Assembly: GCA_905178155.1 (NCBI GenBank)
Contig: CAJINV010000018.1
Location: 316,479 to 380,478 of the forward strand
Direction: 5' to 3'
DNA length: 64,000 nt
Source: Amoebophrya sp. A120
Taxonomy: Eukaryota; Protista; Dinoflagellata
Part shown: positions 39,701 through 51,700 of the stretch, one piece after another
Numbering within the stretch: position 1 is the first letter of the stretch
How the letters are laid out: every line of letters begins with the position of its first letter
Program-made: the position numbers and the translations under genes
The notes under the pieces: generated by a model
What the model saw: the letters and a program-made list of their open reading frames with translations, nothing else
Database searches by the model: none
Told to the model about the DNA's origin: nothing

Positions 39701-42700
39701 TTCCTGCAAACAAGAGTAGAAATCGCGGATTGTGTCCCCAGCGGGAAGTCCTTCCTCCACAGCGTTGCTGGAGGAATCTCCGGTAGATTTGAAAATCAGT
39801 GGCTTCAGTAAGTCGTTCGCCACACCGTGCCGGATTGTCTGGGTACTCACATATGCCGTGCAGATATGTCTGGGTCTGGAAGAATTGAAGGTTGTCATGC
39901 TCGGCTGGCATGACTGTTCATTCTGTGGTGCAGGACCAGGAAAAGTAGATCCCTTGCCAGCCTGTCATGCAAGGGTGCACTTTGCCATGCGGAATGCGCA
40001 GCACAAAGTAGGTCTAAAAATTGTCATGATTGGCCGCGCATGGAAAGCGCTCATCATTTTTGGCAGACTTGCATCACAAGTTTGAGTTTCCAGATCCAGA
40101 CATATTTGCAATTGATATCGCACCCGACATGGCGATCCGGGTCAACATGGGTCGGGAAAAGCGGATATCCGGTGCAAAAAGTATCGTATTCGTATCTATT
40201 AATGCAATTCTTTCGCTCGTTCGTTGTGGATCGGCTCCGCCGACCGGGTAACCCATCGCCTCACATACAAATAACCGATATAGGCGAACCCCGTTGCGGG
40301 ACATACTTACAAATTGGCCGTACGGAAGGGCCCTAAGCGCTACATACATAGTTCACCCTAAGCGCCTACCACTTCGGTCGGGACTGAGTCTACCTGGTCC
40401 TGGGGGTCTGCAGCGTACTAGCCCTTTGCTAGCATAAACAAACTGGGTTCTACAAACTGGTTTAACTTCTTCTAACAGTAAGGCCATCATAAAGGTGCGC
40501 AATTCTTGCATTACAAATCNCTTTGCTAGCATAAACAAACTGGGTTCTACAAACTGGTTTAACTTCTTCTAACAGTAAGGCCATCATAAAGGTGCGCAAT
40601 TCTTGCATTACAAATCTTTTTCTTGAGGCGAATCCGCATTACAAATTGTCTTTCTCATGCTGAGGAAATTTGTAATGCATTTAAACGAGTACGAAACTTT
40701 TGCAATGCATAGCGGAAGTGCCAGTGGGGCTTGCTTGCCTGCTGTGTCGCCGACATTTCGTGCTTCGTGTAGACCGCCTGCTCCGGTGCTGTTGCAGACG
40801 CGGCTGCGGAAGACGCTGCTCCTCCTCCTGCGGCAGATGAGGAGCTAGGACCAGCACTTGCAGAACCAGAAGACGATGTCGATCCTCCTGCACCAGCGCC
40901 AGCACTATCATTCTCCAAAGAACTACTGGTCCTTCCGTGGGAGTTCACGTGCATTTTCCGGGGCTCATTCGCATTCTCCGCCACCTCATGGTCCAATTGC
41001 GGAGCAAAAACTGCGCAGGCCCGCGGCAGAAACCCAAACACATATCAAAAGCGAAAATCCCCCCTCCCCATATCGAAAACGAATTTTGTGATGCTGTATT
41101 TGAATGCACAAATCGACTTGTATTGCTAGAATGCAAAGTGGCGCAGTTGTGGCCCCGTTTGCAGCCAATTTGTCATGCTGTTGCAACTTCCAGCTGCCCT
41201 CTGTCATGCTGGGGATGTGTGAAGTTTCCTGTAAATGTGGTGAACAACAAATTTGGAAACTTTCATAGAGGTTACGATCCTCAAACGTATTGGGGTGTTA
41301 CCAATTGTGAATTCCAGTATTGCGCGTATATTGGGTTCACAAACAAGCCTGACATCGTGCAATCAAAAATCCATCATCGATGTTCTTTCTTCTGTATCGT
41401 TCCTCATTGTGTTTGCATTCATATCCGCATGCTACGCTAGAAGCTATTTATTAAGTACGATGCTACGACAATGTTTGTACGATAGTCCGAATGAAAATGC
41501 TCTGAACGAATACCGATAGTAGTATTGATTTTTGCATTCAAACAGAAATTGGGTGTACGTCAATACCGATGACATTCCCCCGTCTCCGTATGAAATAGCA
41601 TGTAAAATAGTATAAAAATAGTAATCCTAGTAAATATTTTAGGTGCTATTTCGGTAATAAAATTAGTAATCCTAATGGGATACAGGCTCTTTAAGTGAAA
41701 TCTAATTTGTATTGCGCGTGGGATACAGCATGATAAACTTGGAGGTCAAGATAAAATCTACTGTGAACAAAAATGGATATAAAGATAAAGAAGGATATTA
41801 CTACAATATCAATGGGTTTAACAGATATACCCTATTGGTTGCGTAATAGCAGCGAGTTTCGCTGTAGACATACACAAATGCGTAAATGAAAACCAGAAAA
41901 AAACAAGGATGTAATGCGTGGAAAAAGAAAAATCTAAAACCACAAACAAAAAGATGAAAAAATTGACGGGGACTTGAAGGCCCATCAGGAACAGAGAAAA
42001 ACACAAAAATTAGGTGGGGTTTTAGGCAAAAATTGAAGCTAAAAATCTCACGGAGGGATGTGCACAAAAGAAAAAAAATCTTCAGGCAAAAAGAGTGCGG
42101 GTGAGCTTGCAACAAAAATTCTGGGGTGAAAAATCCCAACAAAAATTGCCAAAAACGAAAAAAAATTGTCTCAAAAACTTACCCGCATCCGAACCATTTA
42201 GCTCAAGGCTTGGACTTAGGCGCTGACTTGAATGCGGCCAGTTGCAAACGCTTTAATTATCATCCTGGGATAGGACGACATATGCGTGAGCTCGTCAGCA
42301 ATATTGATTTCGCGCGGAATGTGGCGAACATCAATAAGCTTTTCTTTTTGTTCCTGGCGTAGCATCGCGGCATCAGACATCAAGTTCGTTTCGCGCTTCA
42401 TCTTGTGCGTAGTGCCAGCTGTGCTAACGTTATCGGTTGAATCGGTCAGACACAGGATAGGCGTACTAGCATCAAGAATTCCGACTTCGACAAGCATACC
42501 TTGCAGATACTTTGCATCAGCATGCGCACCGCGCAACGCTAACAACTCAGAACCTGCGGGCGATGACGACCGCCGCGCTTGCTTGATCGACTGCCAACGC
42601 ATCGGAATTGCGCGCCTAGATGGACCAGGAGTCATCTCACTGAGAAAAATGACAAACCCAGTTTGAGACTCGCCATCAGGTCGGCCTTTGAACGAACTGT

Positions 42701-45700
42701 CGCTGAAAGAGACTAGCTGAAGGGGTCCTTGCAGCTCGAAAAAATTAGTGCTAAAATCCAACCTGTGTGCTACTGTGCGCGCGACTTTGTTCAGCTTGTG
42801 GACGTCCGACCAGGTCGGATGCTCCATGACTGAACTTAAAATCGACAATGGGCATGCGATATCAGGGCGCGAACGCGTGGCCCATCGCAAATTGCCGATA
42901 AGTGCGCGGTAGGGGCACTTGCCGTCTTTGTTTTTCACCGTGAACGGCTCACATGATTCCACATCTACACCATGCGGAATAGGAATTTCGACGATCTTAG
43001 AAGTGTAGTGCTCCTGCGAAAGTCGAAAACTGTGGTCGGTGTTCAGCGCGAGCTTTTGCCCGACGTAGTTCACAGGGTTGGAAAACGTCAAATCCTCTTT
43101 GGAACCAAACGAAAAAGTTTCTTCTAGGGGTGCTAGTACTAACTTTTTGAAAAGTTCACCGCCAGAATACAGCAAATCATCAACAAAAACGCACATAGTT
43201 CCAATGATACGACCTCCCTGCGGTGGCTCGTGCCGAAAAGTCGGATCGGATTGGATTTGTGCTGCTGTGCTTTCTGTGTAAACTGGGCGGGGCGGTGGGA
43301 TTAGATTGCTGTTTTGGTCCACAACAAAATAAAGCAAATTCTGATCAGCTGTCACAGACCAGGCGCAAAGTTCCTTCAACCGCTTGAACAATGCGGCCTG
43401 CCAGCGTTCTGGTGCATCGATCAAACCATAGAGGCACTTTTTCAGCCTAATGACAGGCGCCTCAATGATTTTGCACTTGCGAACCGCTGCGGGTACTGTG
43501 ATGTAGAGCGGCTTGTCGTTTGGGTCGAAATAGAAACCACGTAAAAAGGCGGTCTCAATGTCGCCACTCCCAATGTCCAATCCATGCTGTTTGGAAAAGA
43601 CAAGGAACGTTTTCAAGCCTGCTTCGCTGATCATGCTGCTGTCCGTTCTTATGTCCTCAGAACCTTTTCGGGGGTCCTGAAAACCGCGAACAACCCACCT
43701 TGCTTTCACACGCTTTAGTGTGCCTTTGATCGTGTCTATTTTTAATGTCCACACGATTCGCGACTCCATGACTCGACTTTGATCCACATTTCCCTGCGGC
43801 AACTCGTAGACATCATTGTCTTTGATGCTACCAGTTTCTTTGTTCAACGCTTTGAACGCTTCGGGCTGTAGACCATGGTCGATCAAGAAGTTGTAGGACA
43901 CTTCGACATTGCCAGACTTGATCTCCTCCGGCTTAAGGGAAAGAGTCACACTGGGCAAGTCGACGCGGCGTAGACAGGCTAGCGAAAAGACAAAATCATA
44001 TCCACTAACCTTGTCGCCGTGCTTCTTTCTGCTGAAAAAACCGTCTTTGGTCAAAACAAAGTGAAAAACATCGTAGCGCTTTTTCCAGTTCAAATCACTT
44101 TTGACCGTGTAGCAGTTTTTGTTGATTTTCATCAACGCAATCTCCCTGCTGGTTTGCGCTGCGAAAAACTGAAAAACTTCCTGCCCTTTGTCAACTATCA
44201 CCCGATGCCCTGAGTGGTGTTCGTAGCGCTCTTTTGTCAACCTAGAAAGCAAATCTTTTTGGCTCTCATCAAGTGAAAACGAAATGTCTCCACCTGATTC
44301 CGCCGCAAGAAAAGCATGCGCCCATCGCGCTTCGCGCTCACGGCGCCTACGTTCCGCGCGTAGCGTGCGCGGGTCGGGCTCTTCGTCCTCCTCTTCCTCA
44401 GAAGTAGCGGGAGGTGACTCAGGGGCTTGGGGCGGGGCTTTTGCTTTTGCTTTGGGTGGTGCTTGTGCTTTTGCTTTTGGTGCTTCAGCACCTTGCGGAA
44501 CTGACAAATTTTTAGTGCTAGTCGTACTGGTAGTAGTGGTAGAAGCATGCTGATCTGCGACATTCGGACTGTTACTTGAACTAGAAATAGAGGCGTTTTT
44601 AGAAAAATGAATCGACTGACTTTCGGATTGAAGATTTGCATGAGCATGCGGATTTAGTACTTGCGCATGCGATACGGACTTTGCTTTTGCTACACTGTGA
44701 GGGGCTCCCTCTTTTGGTACTGCGCTGCTGTTGGGTAGTGCTTTTGCAGCTTGTTGCCGTGCGTAGTGCTGGTAAATTGGATGCGCTGAAAACTCTAACG
44801 ATGGGATGACTCGCAACTGAGAACCACTCTTCCTCACATGATATCCAGTCGATTTCCCGTAAAGCAGGTAGATCGGTCTGCCTGCGTGTCCTTCCTCCAG
44901 CCCGATTATTTTGGTCCCTAACCAGGCTCGATCGACTTCGGAATATTATTCCACTGCTGCTCCCGGAATTAGTTCATCTTCCTTCGGTTTCCGGCGAACT
45001 TCCAAACGCTTCAAAAACTCCTTGTCAACTGCAACTTGTTCCAACATCTGGCGGATTTGCAACCGCTCGCGAAACTCTTCCAGAAAGGACGACTTTTCCG
45101 GAATTTGTTCCGTTTGTTGGTCCAGAAACGTGCGAACATTACTAGGCGTCCTACAGAATTCAGCCTCGAAAGGAGAAATCTTGTCGGGTAGAACGCTACT
45201 GCTCTGCAGGTTGACTGCGTTTATGACCTTTTTCAGAAGTTCGGTTCCGTTTCTCGTGTTGCCCAGGCGTCTGAGCCGAAACGTAACTTCTCGGAAAACC
45301 TTGTGACTGCGCTCACAGATTCCGTTTTCCCAGTGCTCCTCGCTGGGAAGAAGATGGAGACTGACTCCTTCTTGCTTGCAAAAATCTCGGAGCTCGGTCG
45401 AGATGAACTGTCTTCCAGGGTCGGCCATCAAATTACGCGGAAGAAATCCCTTTTCCTTCAGCTCCTTGAGGAAAGTGATAACATCCGCCGTTTTGACGTT
45501 TTTGGAGGGGGGCTTGTGACCTCGGGAATATCTCGAGTGGAGATCGATAGCATGCAACATCTCATTCTCTTTTGGTGCTCCGAGAAACACCGACTGAGAA
45601 TAGTAATAGATGTCGAGGGCCATCCATTCTCCTACTTTTGTGGAAACGAAGGTGGCTGCTCGTGGTCTACGTGGTGCGTAGCGTGTTCGCGCCATTGTAG

Positions 45701-48700
45701 TTGCTATCATCCTCGCCATTGCTAGGGCTTCTACGTCGGACAGTATTCTCCAGGATACGATACCGGAACTATCTTTATCTGGAAATCCTTTACTTTCGAG
45801 AATTGCGAAACTCGTGGCGAATTTGTCTTGTCTTTGTGGCGTGTCCGGTTTTCCAGTGCTCGACAAATATTTCTTGTAAAGTGATTCCAGAATCCTCGCC
45901 CCACTGCCTTAGACGCAAGTCTGGTCGCCCTTGACGACCAGGATCCCTTTTTCCTTTTGCAACTGCATCGGGGTTTTGCAGTTTTTCAGCTTGCAAGTTT
46001 TGTTGACAACATCGACCGCCTCGAGATCGCTGCACCCTAACAGGAACGGGGTCGCTCCCTGAACCACTCGGAAGGTTCTGGATGCTCCGAACACGAAGCA
46101 AGCGGCTTTCTGCGTGCTGGTGCTGTTGTTGCCGTCGGCAAACGCAAACTTGACCGGACAAGCCTCCTGCAAGTCGTAAGCCAGCTTGCTAGCATCCAAC
46201 GTTTCTTGTCCCACCAGGCTGCTAGCGCAGCCCGTATCCACCGCCATAGACTGGGGCGATTCGAACGACAAGAAAGCAGCAGAAACTTTTTCGGTCTCTT
46301 GTTCTTCCTTCGGCTGTTCCTGTTCTTCCTCGGGGTAGTAGTCGTAGTCGTCGTTGTGGTCGTACTCACCATCCCACTCTTCGTAGGGATAGTCGTTTTC
46401 GTACTCGTCATCTTCGCCGACAGCCCCTGCTGCGTAGCGCGAAGATTTTCCTTTCCACCCGAAACGCGACTTGCCTCCTTTGCCTTTCCCCGGTCCTGGG
46501 CGGTACGGGGTGTACGTTTTTCCTTTGGCCTTGCTGTTGTTCTTGCCGCTCGGCTTCCCGTGGTGGGCGCCCGACGACGAAGAACTTGCGCCGTAAGTCA
46601 ATCCGCGGTAGTTGGCATAGTTCCCATACCAACGCTGTTTCCCTTTTCCTGCTGCGGCTGTGGCGCTTTCCTCCCGGCCTGCAAACGACGCAAGACACTT
46701 GACAACTTGCTTGTCAATGTCCTTGAACGCGTAGGACGCGGAAGCGCCCAAAATTTGTCCCGTCTGCAGCTGAGTTAATCCGAACGATCTTAAGTACAGA
46801 AGACCTAAAAACTCTTCTCGTGGAAGATGCGCCAGCGCCTGCGCGCTCTGCTGGAAGCGCGCGCGCGCCGTCACCAGGTCCCCGGTGTCGCTGTTTCTCT
46901 CCACCAACCGACACACTTCCGAAAACAGATGCATCTGGAGATCGCCGAACAGAGCCTCCCTAATCTGTTCCAGCATGGTGTCGTAGGTTAACGATTCCGC
47001 CACTGTTGGCGTAGCCAGATGCGTATGCACTGCCTGCAACGAAATTGCTTGCTTGATTTGTGGAAGGCCTAAGCTTTCCTCGATCCCGTATTTTCGCAAA
47101 TTAGAAAGATAGCCCACAAGGTCCCGGCTGTAGGCGTTAAACTGCCCGAGTTCTTGCAACTTGGGGGCGGCTTTCTGATAGTCCCAGCGGCTGAGCGGGG
47201 GCGAAGCTGTGGCCGGGGCCTGCATGTTCGGCATGGCGTTCCCCGGCTGGGGCGGCGTCGTTCCCGCTGTATTTGCTTGGCCGAGGAGATGCCGCGCGAT
47301 CGGCTCGATCATTTGGGTCAGCTGTCCGAGTCTTCTCATGGTCTCCCGAAACTCCTCGGGCGTAATCGGCTGCGTTTCGCCTGCCATAGGACTCGGTCCC
47401 GCTGCGTGATGTCCTGTTGGATGTGGCGGAGGAGGGTACTCCGCACCGGAATCGAAAGGATTGAACATTTTTGGGGTTGTTAAGATGGAAAATTTGTAAT
47501 GTTAAGTAAGGGATTTTTACTTAGAAATAAGGTGATGCGAAATAAGAACTTGTAATGCGAAACACGAGCTAACTACTTAAAAATAGGCATGTTTTTCAAA
47601 AAAGTTGTATGTGGAAAAATATATGATTTACATGGAGATTAGAAGTATACTATACTAGATTTATGCGTTTTTACTTGTGTTATTTTGAGTTTGTGATGCT
47701 GCTTCTGTATAAAACTGTTGAGTTATGTATTTTGGTTTTTATGCTATGTAAAAAACTGTAACTATTTATTTTTCGAATTTGTCATGCTACTATAAAAATT
47801 TTAAAGTGAAGAAAGAAATAAAATCCGCTACCATGTGAAGTTTCCTGTAAAAGTGGTGAACAACAAATTTGGAAACTTTCATAGAGGTTACGATCCTCAA
47901 ACGTAAGGGGTTTTTACCAATTGTGAATTCCAGTATTGCGCGTATATTGGGTTCACAAACAAGCCTGACATCGTGCAATCAAAAATCCATCATCGATGTT
48001 CTTTCTTCTGTATCGTTCCTCAATGTGTTTGCATTCATATCCGCATGCTACGCTAGAAGCTATTTATTAAGTACGATGCTACGACAATGTTTGTACGATA
48101 GTCCGAATGAAAATGCTCTGAACGAATACCGATAGTAGTATTGATTTTTGCATTCAAACAGAAATTGGGTGTACGTCAATACCGATGACAGGATGCAAGG
48201 CTCTCCCACGCAGCTCACCACTACAGTCCGCATCTTTATTTCCCTTCTAGCATGACAAAGCTGATTTGTGGCCACAAATCTGCATCACAGATTTGCGCTT
48301 TGATATGAGGAGGGGGGATTTTTCTTCTTGATAACACACCCGGAAACTTCTTCGCGTCCGGAGCCTCCGCAGAGTGCTTCCACGGCACCTCTATCAAATG
48401 CAAAAATATCTGGGTCTGGAAACTTGTGATGCAAATCTACGAATTGTGGGCGCACTGCAATACGCAGCCCACCATGACAAGTTTTTGCGCTGCTCTGTGT
48501 TTCGTTTTTCGCATGACAAACTGCGTTCTTGTATGCCAGGCAAGAGGCCCTTTTCCTACTCATGCATCGCAGATTTAAGACTCATGCCAGACAAGCATGA
48601 CAAACTTGCACTCTCTCAGACCCAGACATATTTGCAGTTGATAACCCAGGCGGAATCCCGTGCCGGCTTCGTGTTCGGGACCGGCAAGGCCTTGGACTTC

Positions 48701-51700
48701 GCCTGCGCCTCGGCCGCTTTGGCGCGGTACCCGTATGCTGTGCAAAAACGTCCCCACCTCGTCTCCATATTTGTCATGCAAAGCTGCATGGTAAAAATGT
48801 CTCGCATGCGGAGACCCATGATGAGAAGCATTTTCTAGAAGTGGTCGCGTTTCGGAATAATTTGTCATGCTCCGAGCAACATAATATGCTATATCTGCGA
48901 TGGTGCTGCACTAGCGAAACCTGATTACATTACAAGCCCGAACTACTTGTCATGCGCAACAGCCAAAGCTTGCTGATTTGCCTTGCAGATTTCTATTTCA
49001 TCCTAACTTGACTGTGGGGTGGTGGTGGGGGTACTTCCCTATGATAACTCGCTGTCTTTTTCGATGGAAATCCCGGCGGGCGTCACCCGCACCGCCTCCA
49101 GCTTCTCTTGTATCCTGAGTAAAAAACGTACCCACACCAGAGTCAGGATGGGGATTTTGCAACACAAGCCTAGGAGTTTTGTGAGTCACGCATGACAAGT
49201 TGCATTCTGCAGTGTAGTGCGGGTTAGCAAGTGCAGCCGCATCACAGATTCATCGGCTCATCCTGTTCACAGCATCACAAATTCCAAAACACGATTGGAT
49301 GCGCATTACAAGTCTTCCTGTCTTTGCAAATCTGCATTACAACTCTGGTGTGGGTACGTTTTTACTCAGGATATCCATTGCAGCTTCCTTTTCTCCAGCC
49401 GTCAAGTCCTCCTTTGCAGCTTCCTTTTCTGCTTCGTCGCACGTTTCTTTTTCCTGATACTCCAGGCCACTTTGCCAGAAGCCAGTCTTGATGTCAATGG
49501 TCTCGTGCATTTTGCTATCCCGTGCAAAAGTATCGTATTCGTGTAAATGCAAGTCTTGCAACATCACAAATCTTGTATTGTTTCCAAGGCAAATCTGCAC
49601 TACAAATTTTATTTCTCATGCTGAGGAAATTGGTAATGCATTAATACGAGTAGGATACTTTTGCACTGCATATTTGCCGTATTGATCACTCCAGGCCCCT
49701 TTATAGTCGTTCATTTTCTCGACCACGGTGGCTTGGAATATCGCGAGAAAAAAGTGTTACAGTTACACATTTGTTGTCAATTTAGCAACACAAATTTCTT
49801 TGCATGCGCAAGAAAACTTGCAATGCAGAAATCTTACGGGAAATAAACACCTATGAAACGAGGCTCCTACGCATATCCTGCATGACAGAGCTTGTCTGTC
49901 TTGCTTGGACTGCAACACAATGTGTAAGTAACTGTAACACTTTTTTCGTGCGATATGGAAGACCGCTTCTTCAATGTGCCGCAGCGCGTTCTTCTCCATC
50001 TGGTCTGGATCTTGGGGCGGCGACTCACTATTACAGTGAAAAATGCCCCCACCCCGGAATTTCCAGAAGTTTGTCATGCAAAGTTTCCAAATGAAAGCCT
50101 TTTGTTTTGCATAAAAGGATTGCGAGCGTTTCTGATGCAGAATCTGGGTGCGCAAGGTGCCTTGTGCATAACAGATCCGGCTGCTGTTGGGCTACTTCGC
50201 AACACAACTTTGACCTATTCAGCATGGAGAATTTGTGATGCTGAGATATGCAAGACGCGGAATGATTCGGTTGGAAAGGTTTGCAATACAAATGCTGCCA
50301 AGGCCAAGCTGGGGGTGGGGGCATTTTTCATTGTAATACTCACTGTCTGTGATTTTCTGGGACTTTACCTCCAACGCGGTACCTAAAACTTGCGGAACGG
50401 GGACGTACTCTTTGCTCTCGTGCTGGCTATTCAGAAGTGAAGATCCCGCCCCGCCGCGCTGCTGCTGCTGCTGACCACCCGCGCTCAGCCCCCCTTGCTG
50501 CAAATATTGTGAGGAAAAATCTCCCCTCCCCATATCGAAAAGGCATGTTTCCGAAAATTTGCGTTGCTGATTTGAGGTCACAAATCACGTCTGTCTTGCA
50601 AGAAGACACGGGCAAAAGCTCCGCCCCCATCATGGAGGCGATTTGTCATGCTGTTGGGCCTAAAGCGGAGCCGTTTGCCATGCTGAACAACTAGACCGAT
50701 ACGCCCCTGCACCGCCTGGAGATCTGGACGCGATGCCTTCCTGCAATACAAAGCCGATTTGTGTACACAAATCCCGCATCACAGATTTCCATTTCGATAT
50801 GGGGTGGGGGGATTTTTCCTTTTGATAGCAAAGTCCGGGCGTTCTGTTTCAAGTGATTGTACAAAAATTGCAACAACGGGTTCCCGCCACGTGCAGGGCT
50901 ATCCCTCCCGGTCTCATCTATCCTGAGTAAAAACGTACCCACACCAGAAATGTAATGCAGGTTTGAAAAGACAGGAAGACTTGTAATGCGTATCACCATG
51001 AGAGCCATTTCCACTCGTGTTTTGGAATTTGTGATGCTGTGAACAGGATGAGCAGATGAATCTGTGATGCGGCTGCACTTGCTAACGTGCACTACACTGC
51101 AGAGTGCAACTTGTCATGCGTGACTCACAAAACTCCTAGGTTTGTGTTGCAAAATCCCCATCCTGACTCTGGTGTGGGTACGCTTTTACTCAGGATATCA
51201 TCGCTGATCTGCTCATCCAAGAACGAAACCAAATCCGCAACCCCCGACGCGTGCGCGGTGCCCTATCGAAAGGAAAAATGCCCCCACCCCCAAAGTTGCA
51301 AACAATTTGTGATGCATAGTTCTTGCCAAATAAAAACTTTTTGTCATGCATAAAAGGAGTATGATTCTTTCTGATTCGCATCGCTTGCATGACAAGCGCC
51401 GCTCGTGCTGGGATCTTTTGCAATACAAATTTTGGCTATAATTGACGCTCGGAAATCTGTGGTGCTGATAGATGCAGGAGGGCGAGTGTTTCATTTGGAA
51501 AGGTTTGCAACACAAATGCTCCCAAGTTCGGAAAGGGGGCACTTTTCATTGTAATATGCCCGCCGCAGAGTTTTCGTATACCCGCATGGTGTCCTCCATC
51601 GACAAAATTCCGCTCGTCGAGTCCTTGTAGAAGATCCGCTGCAGCAACTTCCAAATCTGTCGGGCAATGTTTTTGGGGCTTTGCTTGTGCAGTTTTAAGG

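Larger units (their letters stand above)
41218..48190 (-). mobile_element. Ty1/copia LTR retrotransposon, full length
   Basis: 357-bp TG...CA LTRs, 5-bp TSD GGATG (41213-41217, 48191-48195), PBS, PPT, gag-PR-IN-RT-RH order. Confidence 0.95.
41043..48333. mobile_element. Introner family B hosting the copia element (about 313 bp without it)
   Basis: DR acaca/acaca; both TIRs intact; frame restored. Confidence 0.88.

Noticed and set aside
40423-40617. About 97-bp exact tandem duplication
   Set aside because: The two copies are separated by an N at 40520, typical of an unmerged contig overlap.
41253-48135. Twin 88-aa ORFs at 41253 and 47869
   Set aside because: Both lie inside the LTRs, antisense to the element, with no recognisable motif.
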